A stretch of 61,963 bases of DNA, filler included, from an uncultured bacterium (GTDB taxonomy: Bacteria; CAYUVA01): assembly GCA_964448115.1 (NCBI GenBank). It is 8 parts of 8 records of this genome, joined end to end, with 100 filler letters (N's around TTAATTAATTAA, not from the genome) between each part and the next. Parts side by side here need not be neighbours in the genome. Positions count along the whole stretch, not along the records: positions 20,622 to 28,390 come from CAYUVA010000070.1; positions 28,491 to 35,680 come from CAYUVA010000071.1; 6 more parts are not named here. One strand, given 5' to 3'. This document shows positions 20,625 through 29,265 of the stretch, piece by piece; positions within the stretch are counted from its first letter, which is position 1, and each line of letters starts with the position of its first letter. The position numbers and the translations under genes are program-made. The notes below the pieces were generated by a model, which was given only the letters and a program-made list of their open reading frames with translations, did not search any database and was not told the DNA's origin.

Positions 20625-20796
20625 GTTGCAGACCTGGTCCGTAGAAAGGACATTGCGACTATAATGGCATTTTGTAGATTGGCATCTTGGAGGTTGCAGA
20701 CCTGGTCCGTAGAAAGGACATTGCGACGGGAGGCGTAGCTATAGTAGCTTGATTAAAGCTAGTTGCAGAACTGGTCGGTCCAATACCAGAATAAAG
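20625..20796 (+). CRISPR. End of a CRISPR array: two identical 35-bp repeats plus one degenerate terminal repeat
   Basis: GTTGCAGACCTGGTCCGTAGAAAGGACATTGCGAC at 20625-20659 and 20693-20727; unique spacers of 33 and 34 bp; degenerate GTTGCAGAACTGGTCGG at 20762; GTCC/GGAC hairpin; truncated by contig start. Confidence 0.85.
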
Positions 20797-20904
20797 TCAG
20801 GCGTTGAGGAGAATCACCGATCTCTGAAGAGGTCTCTAGGGGGATGTAGGAGCACACTGCTGACATCAATCGCGATTGGGAGTACGGCTTTTTCAGTTTA
20901 ACGA

Positions 20905-21220
20905 TCCATCACTTCCCGTGATTACTGGGTGCCCGCCGGAGTTTACACCGCACTTGGTGCGGGAAGGAAAGAAAGAGGATCACGCAAAGACGAAAAGAAC
21001 GCAAAGTAGGAACTAGAGAACTAGAAAACTAGAAACTAGCCACGCAAAGCCTGCCCCAAGCGGAGTCCCTATGCGGGCATGATTCCCTATGCGAACATGA
21101 CTAATGAAGGTAGAAAGCATCCCTTTAATGTCATTCCCGCGCAGGCGGGAATCCAGTGAAGTGCATGACAACACGGAGCATCCCCGATTCCGTCATACCC
21201 GCCCAGGCGAGCATCCAACC
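20905..21220. repeat. Cluster of REP-like palindromic repeats and short tandem repeats
   Basis: GTCATTCCCGCGCAGGCGGGAATCC, CCGGAGTTTACACCGCACTTGGTGCGGG and (GAACTAGA)n-like units; related copies near 356-390, 28195-28305 and 50205-50332. Confidence 0.75.
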
Positions 21221-21487
21221 CGCAAATCACATCCAATAGGATATGTAACTTAGACGAAATTATCCCTTGACATGAGAGCTTAAATAATATATATATAAAT
21301 ATCAGGATAATAAAATTACCGAGAATTTCGGACGCAACTGAGAGGATTTATGCTTCTCTTTATCATTAATTGGAATTTATATTTTAATTTATGGTAATAT
21401 TACATGGAAAGGTATAGGAGGTTTTTCTGTGTTGTACCTTCCTGGGATAGATCCAATTTACCCGTTTAAGCGGTTTCTTTGGTACCA

Positions 21488-22729
21488 CTACCCCAACACC
21501 TTCACTATGCGGGGGAGTGCCCAGTCGATCTCCTGCTTTGAAATGATGAGCGGCGGGGCGATGCGAATCACATCCCGGTGCGTCTCCTTGCATAAAATCC
21601 CCTCCTCCATCAGCATCTCGCAGTAACGCCTAGCGCCGCCTGCCTCCGGCTTCAGCTCGATGGCTATGAAAAGCCCCAGACCACGCAGCTCCTTTACCTT
21701 GTCGTTGCCCTGGAGCGCTTCCTCGAGCTTGGCGAGGAAATACGCTCCCTTCTCTGCTGACTCGCCAGCTAAATCATGTTCGCGCAGATAAGCCAGGACT
21801 GTTCTCGCAATCGCACAAGCCTTGGGGTTGCCGCCGAATGTCGAGCCGTGGCTGCCCGGGTCGAAGACCGACATTATCTGCGCAGATGAGACCACGCACG
21901 AGATGGGATACTCCCCCCCGCCGAGCGCCTTGCCTAGTATCATCACATCCGGCTTGGCATTATCGTGCTCCCAGGCGAACATCCTGCCGGTTCTGCCAAA
22001 GCCGGTCTGTATCTCATCGAGGACGAGCAGGACATTGTTCTGCTTGCAGACAGCCTTCGCTTGTGCCAGATAGCCCTTTGGGGGTATCTTTATTCCCGCC
22101 TCGCCCTGCACCGGCTCCACCAGAAATGCTGCCGTATTGGGAGTTATTGCTTCCTTTAGGGCGTTAATATCGCCGTAGGGAATGACCTTGAAGCCAGGGG
22201 TAAAGGGACCATAGCCTTGCCGATATTCCTCATCTGAGGAAAAGGTGATTATGGTAACGGTTCTGCCGTGGAAGTTGTCCTTGCAGGCGATTATCTGCGC
22301 CTTATCGTTTGGCACGCCCTTGAACTTGTAAGCCCATCTTCGCACCATTTTTATTGCAGTTTCAACAGCCTCGGCGCCTGAGTTCATGGGCAGCACCTTC
22401 TCGAAGCCGGTGAACTGGCAGATATCGCGACAGAATAGGGCATACTGCGAGGTCAAGAATGCCCTGGAGGTCAGCGATATCTTCTTTGATTGCTGATAAG
22501 AGGTCTCTATGAATTCACCGAATCCATAACCACATAGCAGCGAGGAGTATGCGGATAGAAAATCTAGGTACTCGTTTCCATCGCTGTCGATGACCTTGCA
22601 CCCCTTGCCCTTTTCGAGGAATACCGGCAAAGGATGGTAATTATTGGCGCCATATTTTTCGCAGATATCGAGCAGTTCCTGCTTGTTTAAATTCTCTTCG
22701 ATCATCGCTTTGTTTTTCATCATCATCAT
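21488..22729 (-). CDS. rocD: Ornithine--oxo-acid transaminase
   Basis: GANNYHPLPV, YLDFLSAYS, PMNSGAEAVETA, NFHGRT, EPVQGEAG, DEIQTG, GKALGGG, HGSTFGGNP, CKETH. Confidence 0.96.
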   Translation of the reverse strand: MMMMKNKAMIEENLNKQELLDICEKYGANNYHPLPVFLEKGKGCKVIDSDGNEYLDFLSAYSSLLCGYGFGEFIETSYQQSKKISLTSRAFLTSQYALFCRDICQFTGFEKVLPMNSGAEAVETAIKMVRRWAYKFKGVPNDKAQIIACKDNFHGRTVTIITFSSDEEYRQGYGPFTPGFKVIPYGDINALKEAITPNTAAFLVEPVQGEAGIKIPPKGYLAQAKAVCKQNNVLLVLDEIQTGFGRTGRMFAWEHDNAKPDVMILGKALGGGEYPISCVVSSAQIMSVFDPGSHGSTFGGNPKACAIARTVLAYLREHDLAGESAEKGAYFLAKLEEALQGNDKVKELRGLGLFIAIELKPEAGGARRYCEMLMEEGILCKETHRDVIRIAPPLIISKQEIDWALPRIVKVLG

Positions 22730-22778
22730 GGTCTCTTCACTCCCTGCTTATTGTTGGTATCTAATGAAGCCGCAGGGT

Positions 22779-22840
22779 AATTTACCAGCCGTGTTTTCTT
22801 TGTCAAGCAGGTTGACAAAAAGACCAGAATAGATTATAAA
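22779..22840. promoter_or_regulatory. Back-to-back divergent sigma70 promoters (rocD and dcd-like gene)
   Basis: Plus strand TTGACA(22812)-17-TATAAA(22835); minus strand TTGACA(22806-22801)-16-TAAATT. Confidence 0.6.
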
Positions 22841-22852
22841 TTTGTATTAAAG

Positions 22853-23161
22853 GTGCTTATCATGCTGACCGATAAACAGATAGAAGATGCTATCAAAGCA
22901 GGTGAACTCGACATCGAAAACTTCGATAAAGAGGAATGTCTTCAGCCAGCCAGTTATGATATGAGACTTGGCAGATGGGCTTATACAAGTCAATCGAATG
23001 AGAAGATAGATCTCGAAAAGAAGGGGCTTCTGGTTATTGATCAAGGTGAATTTGCGGTTGTGGAATTATATGAGAGAATAAAATGCAGCAACATAATTGC
23101 TGGTCAATTGGGACTTAGATCAGAGTTTGCCAAACGAGGTCTTTTGTTGTTGTTTCAGTAA
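22853..23161 (+). pseudogene. dcd: dCTP deaminase-like gene, C-terminally truncated
   Basis: MLTDKQI...LQPASYDMRLG...ERIK...LRSEFAKRGL then a stop; the IDPG motif and C-terminal half are missing. Confidence 0.75.
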
Positions 23162-23216
23162 AAGGACTTAAGAAAAGAATCCGAGAACGAGTCATCCGCG
23201 AGGCAATTACATTATT

Positions 23217-23417
23217 ATGACCGCTGGCATCAAATTCGGCTTCAATCCAAACTCGAGCGGCATCGGCTCCGGCACCACGGCATTGCTCTGGGGCGCACTC
23301 GGCGGGGTGCTTGTATTCAGCCTGGTATTTGCTATTGCCACCTGGAAGCTGCGCTCCTGGCTGCATCGAAAAAACAAAGGGCATAAAGGCGAAATCACCG
23401 ATGATACAGGCAACTAG
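23217..23417 (+). CDS. Small single-pass membrane protein or gene remnant
   Basis: 66 aa: Gly/Ser linker, TM helix, basic tail; overlaps the radical SAM start. Confidence 0.4.
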   Translation: MTAGIKFGFNPNSSGIGSGTTALLWGALGGVLVFSLVFAIATWKLRSWLHRKNKGHKGEITDDTGN

Positions 23418-24624
23418 GTTCGCACTTCGCTTTTTGCCTCGACTCATTGCCAGCAATACATCAACCTGGAACCTCCGATACGAGACCTTTGGAGGCATCC
23501 TATCCATCAAAGAACCACCCATGCTCGTGTACCTTACCCGTCCCATGGTTCGATTGATGGGCTTTCGTAAAAGCGAGCTATGGAATCATCCTGTGAATCG
23601 AGTTTTGTCCGCTCCCTGCGAGGTGCACATCGCCCTGACCAATCGCTGTAATCTCGGGTGCAGCGGGTGTTATATGGACTCCGGCACAGCGCTGCCCGAT
23701 GAGATGACCACCGAAAAGGTTAAGGAATGCCTCGATGTCTTAGCTGGCATGGGCGTTTTTCATGTAGCCTTAGGCGGTGGCGAGTCGCTGCTCAGGAAGG
23801 ATATCTTTGAGATAGCTGAATATGCGACCAGAGTGAACATCGTGCCCAACATGACCACCAACGGTACCCTGGTAAGCCGAGATAATGCTGATCTGTGCCG
23901 CATCTTCGGGCAGATAAATGTCTCCATAGACGGTAACAGGGAAAGCTATCGATTATCACGGGGGATCGATGCCTACGAGGAGGCACTGCAAGGCTTAAGG
24001 CTATTGCTCCAAGCTGGCTGTCGAGCTGGCATCAACTTTACCCTGAATCGGCACAATTTTGATGATCTTGAGCACATCGCTAGGCTTGCTGCCGAGCTTG
24101 GCGCAAACGATGTGGAGATACTCCGCTTCAAGCCGATGGGCAGGGGAGCGGCTACCTTCGAGGAGATGATGACCTCCGCTGAGCAGGACCGCCGACTGCT
24201 TGGCTATATCCTTTATCTGCGCAATAGATACGGAGTCGAGCTTAAGGTCGATTGCTCGCTTGTACCCCTATTATGCTCCAATAGTAAGGCTTCGCCTCGT
24301 CTGCTGAGCCTGTTCAAGGTGCAGGGCTGCCTGGGGGGGAATCACCTGTGCGCCATCGATGCCCAGGGCATGGTGAGCGCTTGCAGCTTCGATAGCGCCA
24401 AGCTATGCCATTATCGCCAGTTGCCCGATGTATGGCTAAAAGATGCCACCTTCAGCCTGTTTCGTAATTGGGATAGGCAAGCAGTAGATCCATGCCGTGA
24501 TTGCTTGCACCTTGAGCTTTGCATGGGGGGCTGCCATGCAGTCTCCCAATATGTGCTCAATGACCCACAACACAAAGATCCCGCATGCCCAAAGAGTACA
24601 ACAGACCAACCATCTTCTTTTTAG
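23401..24624 (+). CDS. Radical SAM protein with full SPASM domain
   Basis: CNLGCSGC, GGGESL, C-terminal CLGG...C...CRDCLHLELCMGGC...DPAC; start codon uncertain. Confidence 0.92.
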   Translation: MIQATRFALRFLPRLIASNTSTWNLRYETFGGILSIKEPPMLVYLTRPMVRLMGFRKSELWNHPVNRVLSAPCEVHIALTNRCNLGCSGCYMDSGTALPDEMTTEKVKECLDVLAGMGVFHVALGGGESLLRKDIFEIAEYATRVNIVPNMTTNGTLVSRDNADLCRIFGQINVSIDGNRESYRLSRGIDAYEEALQGLRLLLQAGCRAGINFTLNRHNFDDLEHIARLAAELGANDVEILRFKPMGRGAATFEEMMTSAEQDRRLLGYILYLRNRYGVELKVDCSLVPLLCSNSKASPRLLSLFKVQGCLGGNHLCAIDAQGMVSACSFDSAKLCHYRQLPDVWLKDATFSLFRNWDRQAVDPCRDCLHLELCMGGCHAVSQYVLNDPQHKDPACPKSTTDQPSSF

Positions 24625-24625
24625 G

Positions 24626-27600
24626 CTAGTCGGTGGCTACCAGCGCAGGCCAGGCATATTCTCCGTTGATATATAGCTCAAGAAGGTAATTGCCAGCCGG
24701 CGCTCCTGAACCGATACCGGGTACCGACCAGTCGTATATCATATCACCAACATGATTAAGCCCGATACCAACAGGTGCTCCTCCGAAATAGAACTCTGTA
24801 CTCACAATATCGCCATACAGCACGGCGAGGAAGTACAGATCGCCCCCTTGAGCCTCGGTAAGGTCCGTGTCCCAATATCCTGCTGCCCAGCAGACCCCTA
24901 GCGGTTCCGGTGTCGGGGTCTGGGTTGGCGTTGGAGTTCGAGTAACCGTCGGCGGGGGAGTTTGAGTCTCAGTTGGAGTATCAGTGGCAGCAGCGGTCTC
25001 AGTAGGGGTATTAGTAGGCTGTGGTGTCTCAGTCGGGGTTCGTGTCGGGGTTGGCTGCGCCTCGACTGTAAACATGTATTGCTCGGTCTGGTGTCGATTG
25101 CCAAAGTTATCGATGACGGTTATCGTATAGCTCACCTGCGTTCCGGTATCAGCCCATGGGATAGCGCCCCAGTGCTGGTTACAATCGACTTGAGACATAG
25201 GGCTTTTTCCAATAAAGCTGTCGTTCATCCATACCTTAAGATATACAGAGCGTATTTGGCTTTGATCCTCAACACCTTGTGCGGTAACGATGAACGGAGT
25301 CGCCTCTGGCTTTACCATGGTGGTATCAACCCAGGCGCCGGATACCTGCGGTGGAGATGTATCAACCGGCGCTCTGTTGAATAACAAAACGCTGTAGGGG
25401 GAATAATCGAGAGCAAGCTCTCCAGCAACTGATGGTTGCATGATATTTGCATCCAACACCCTGCCACCCCTGGTTCGTTTTATCGATACCTTCTCACCGG
25501 TAACATTTACAAGATATGCTAAGCCATATTCGGTCATGGCTATCTGTTCTGGATTAGCACCGCCCGAGGGAGCTGGATTATGAGCATCCGGGCTCAGGTC
25601 ATCTGCATCGAACAAGCCCCATTGACTCGATGCCTGGTAGGCAACCCCAAGCGTATTATGCACGCTATCGAGGTCGCAGCTTCGCGGCTTGGTGCCGGAG
25701 GCGATGGATTGGATTGCGACAAGCTCAATTGCAGTATGACCGCCTGAGGTGTCATAAACTGCCACATTGGCAGAGGTCTCGCCGGTTACATAGAGATACA
25801 TGTTGAACGGGTCGTACTTGAGCGAGGAGGGTCCGCTTATTCCGTCAGTTGATAGATCAATGGTTCTAAAGAGCGTGGGGGCATTGATGGAAGCCTCGAA
25901 GACCTGCAGGGTATCGGAATCCTTATTGGCTACATAGATATACTTGTTTTGTCCATCGATTGCCAGCCCGATTGGATTAGTATTGGTAGCGGTGGAGCCT
26001 TTTATTATGAAATTCCCCAGTCCCGTCTCCTTTATATGATGGATCTTATTGCTCTGGGTGGTAATAAATAAGGACTGCTGGTAGGGATCATAGGCGCAGT
26101 TTATCGGTCTTTCATTATTTATGCTGAAGTGTCCGCTCGTATATGCAATATCCTCCGAGTACCAGTAAACAGAGGTTAATCCACCCCCGGCGGGACCGTC
26201 CATGGTATAAATAACATAAAGGTGATCCAGGTGCGGATTGTAGCTCATCCTTACTGGCTGGTAAATGATACCGACTTTCACCGGATGTTGTAGCAACGGC
26301 TCGTGATTAAGGGTGCTAAGCATCGAAACCTTGCCATCATCATTGTGTGCTACTGCGATGATATGAGGCGGAGCGGTTGTAATCTCATCCTGCTTGAAAA
26401 GTCCAACCCCGCTTGTTTCACAAGCCTTTGATGCTCCTGGTGCATCCATCAAAACAAAGTATAGGCTCAAGAAATTATCTTGCCCCTGGGTCATATCCAT
26501 ACCGTTAAGCCAGGGGATCTTGCCCATGAACCTGAGGTCCCCCATGTTATCATATAGCATCGAGCCTAGATCATCTGGGATGGAGGCAATGGCGAGGTTA
26601 AGGATAAATCGCACCACCACCTCTAGCAGGTCATCAGGGGTTGTCTCGAGCACTCCACGGTCGATTATCTCTATGGGAAGATAGTATTGCTCGGGATCTT
26701 CGGGATCTTTTCGCACCTTGAGCTTCATGGTTATCATCCCCTCAGCTTGATTGAAGCCGAGGTTCAAATCAGCTATAGTGCTTATACCGACTCCGAAGAT
26801 GGTTTCCTGTCCCCAGGGCGTCTCTGCGAGCAAGTAAGCCTCCATGTCATCTATATAAAGGGTCGGTTCTCCCTTGCCTCCCTCAAGGAAATATGGTGAT
26901 TTTGTTGGATTCAAGCGGATGCTTATCGGGCAATCCAACCAGTAGATAGAGGCAACCTCAGGGAGCAAAGTCCCCAGAAAGCCTGTGCTAAGTGATATCG
27001 GCAGTTCATCTCCCAGGCTGCATTTATCCAGCTCCAAGTTGAACAGGTTGCCCTGCATCAGGTAATAAAACAGCTCGTTTAGGGTATCATCCGATAGATG
27101 TATCGCCCCCAGGTAAGGCTGGTTGGACAGGGGAGCTAGAGGCGGATTGACTGGAAACGCAGCGTTGTCGCTTAGAATATCGCTAGGTCCATCCTCATCG
27201 CCGACCGAGCTTATCAATGGCATGATACCACCATCAGCTCTAAGGTCGATCCCTTGGGTAGTATAGCTGGAAGTCTCGAGGCTCGATTCAGCTAAAGCGG
27301 GACAGAATATTGAAAGATCGCCTAGTAATGCAAGTATATCAATCGATGTTCCCTTCGAGATTATGCCAGATAGCGCACCCTCGATTATCTCTTGGGCATT
27401 TTGTGCTACATCCTCCTCGAAGATAGTACGCAGGGTAACATTCATATCGTCGAATACATCGCAAAGATATCCCTCACAGGGGGTCTCATTGAGGAAGTTA
27501 GCTATAATAGACTCGGTGATGTTAAGATCCATCTCCATAACGAAATCATCAAAGGTGAAGTTGAGGTAGCCTTGGATATACCACGAGGCGCTAAAGGTGG

Positions 27601-28045
27601 CATTCAGGTCGAGCTTCGAGTCCGGTAGCTGGAAAAACTTGCCGTAGAAGTTGACCTTGTCTGCGTTAAGCACAAATCTCAGGGACGATGTCGCCGGCGA
27701 AACGATGACATTAAGGTCAGCCTCGGAATCGACCTGTGCCCTCCATAGCTCAAGGTCAACCGCTTCATAGAAGTTTGAATAGTAGTAATCGGTTGGTATG
27801 GATGTATTTCTATCCATAAGATAATCTTCCAGGATCTCCCCTGAAAGCCCATAAAAAGTAGGCTCAAGGTGAACGCCGATCGCCCTTTGGATGAAGAACT
27901 CTTCGGGCAGGATTCCATGAGAGGGGCTATACATAGCCCCTATTAAAACCATTAGTATGGAAACAAGGATGAACATTTTACTTTGCATCATAGCTTGCTC
28001 CTGAGCGATTCTTTGGTGTGATTTCTTTAATACTAAACCCATCAT
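24626..28045 (-). CDS. Large secreted protein: possible BPI/LBP-like region, YVTN-type beta-propeller, Ig-like domain, PT linker, divergent WPYL domain
   Basis: Signal peptide; NPIGLAID...YIYVANKDSDTLQVF propeller blades; PT repeats; ends AGYWDT...YLLELYINGEYAWPALVATD. Confidence 0.8.
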   Translation of the reverse strand: MMGLVLKKSHQRIAQEQAMMQSKMFILVSILMVLIGAMYSPSHGILPEEFFIQRAIGVHLEPTFYGLSGEILEDYLMDRNTSIPTDYYYSNFYEAVDLELWRAQVDSEADLNVIVSPATSSLRFVLNADKVNFYGKFFQLPDSKLDLNATFSASWYIQGYLNFTFDDFVMEMDLNITESIIANFLNETPCEGYLCDVFDDMNVTLRTIFEEDVAQNAQEIIEGALSGIISKGTSIDILALLGDLSIFCPALAESSLETSSYTTQGIDLRADGGIMPLISSVGDEDGPSDILSDNAAFPVNPPLAPLSNQPYLGAIHLSDDTLNELFYYLMQGNLFNLELDKCSLGDELPISLSTGFLGTLLPEVASIYWLDCPISIRLNPTKSPYFLEGGKGEPTLYIDDMEAYLLAETPWGQETIFGVGISTIADLNLGFNQAEGMITMKLKVRKDPEDPEQYYLPIEIIDRGVLETTPDDLLEVVVRFILNLAIASIPDDLGSMLYDNMGDLRFMGKIPWLNGMDMTQGQDNFLSLYFVLMDAPGASKACETSGVGLFKQDEITTAPPHIIAVAHNDDGKVSMLSTLNHEPLLQHPVKVGIIYQPVRMSYNPHLDHLYVIYTMDGPAGGGLTSVYWYSEDIAYTSGHFSINNERPINCAYDPYQQSLFITTQSNKIHHIKETGLGNFIIKGSTATNTNPIGLAIDGQNKYIYVANKDSDTLQVFEASINAPTLFRTIDLSTDGISGPSSLKYDPFNMYLYVTGETSANVAVYDTSGGHTAIELVAIQSIASGTKPRSCDLDSVHNTLGVAYQASSQWGLFDADDLSPDAHNPAPSGGANPEQIAMTEYGLAYLVNVTGEKVSIKRTRGGRVLDANIMQPSVAGELALDYSPYSVLLFNRAPVDTSPPQVSGAWVDTTMVKPEATPFIVTAQGVEDQSQIRSVYLKVWMNDSFIGKSPMSQVDCNQHWGAIPWADTGTQVSYTITVIDNFGNRHQTEQYMFTVEAQPTPTRTPTETPQPTNTPTETAAATDTPTETQTPPPTVTRTPTPTQTPTPEPLGVCWAAGYWDTDLTEAQGGDLYFLAVLYGDIVSTEFYFGGAPVGIGLNHVGDMIYDWSVPGIGSGAPAGNYLLELYINGEYAWPALVATD

Positions 28046-28490
28046 AAATAACTATTTTATCAAAGATTGATTACAGTAACAAGCAAAACAAAGGGAGCTT
28101 AAGACCGAAGAATTGGTCCGGCTTTAATAAGCGATTTTCATCCCGGTCGAGATTTCGCGCCTGGCTAAAATTATATCGCCATTTCATGGCTGAGGAGGCG
28201 GGATGCACGCCGTAGTTTACCCCGAACTTGGTGCAGCGCGGGCATGACAAGAAGGGTGGCGATTTCCATGGTTCTGTGATTCCAGCACAGGGGGGAATCC
28301 AGTCCTAAAAAGCCTAAGAGAATAGCATTAGGCTTAAACATAAGTAACACACCCCGTCAGCTTAGCTGCCACCCCTCTTTTTAGAGGGGANNNNNNNNNN
28401 NNNNNNNNNNNNNNNNNNNNNNNNNNNNNNNNNNTTAATTAATTAANNNNNNNNNNNNNNNNNNNNNNNNNNNNNNNNNNNNNNNNNNNN

Positions 28491-28840
28491 GTGGCCCGTA
28501 CCCGCAGATCGCGGAGTGGCTGGAGGAGGATGGCCCGGAGACGCTTACGGTGTACGACTTCCCGGCGGAACACCGGCGGCGGCTTCGGACGACGAACAAC
28601 ATCGAGCGGCTGAACCAGGAGATCAAGCGCCGGACACGGGTGGTGCGCTCTTCCCCAACGAAGCCTCGTTTTTGCGGCTGGTGACAACACTGTGCCAGGA
28701 ACAGAGTGATGTCTGGGAGACGGAACGGCGGTACCTTATCATGGAAGGGATGAACGCAAACGAGGAAACGGCCCGCTTCGTTCCCTTACCCGGCTCTCAT
28801 ACAACACGGAATCAAAAGTACACACGGATTGGGACTTGAC
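28491..28840 (+). mobile_element. IS256-family transposase 3' end (frameshifted) and right end
   Basis: YDFPAEHRRRLRTTNNIERLNQEIKRRTRVV then FPNEASFLRLV in another frame; terminal TACACACGGATTGGGACTTGAC. Confidence 0.88.
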
Positions 28841-29265
28841 TGAATCCAGAAGCCAAGGTGTCTGCGCACTATGTAATTGGCCGGGATGGAACAATCGTCC
28901 GCATGGTCCCTGAGGAGCAGAAAGCCTACCATGCAGGGAAATCCGAATGGAATGGTCAGAAAGATGTGAACCGGTTCTCGATTGGGATTGAGTTGGTGAA
29001 CTGGGGAAAGCTGGAAAAGCGTGATGACGTCTTCTTCACCTGGCCGAGTGATTACGCCAATCCGTACCACGGTCTTGAACCGGTGTTCCTCGAGGATGCC
29101 TGGTGGGAACCTTACCCAGATGAGCAGATGGCCCAAATGCATCAGCTAATCAACGACATTAAACTCCGTCATCCTATTGAAGTCGTTGCCGGACATCGTG
29201 ACGTTTCACCCGAACGAAAACTAGATCCTGGACCGGCGTTTGAGATCTCATCAAGAATGGCCTAA
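28841..29265 (+). pseudogene. AmpD-like N-acetylmuramoyl-L-alanine amidase, 5' part removed by IS256
   Basis: VSAHYVI, AYHAGKS.W, NRFSIGIELVN, GHRDVSPERKLDPG; N-terminal H-x-T Zn ligand missing; begins right at the IS end. Confidence 0.85.
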
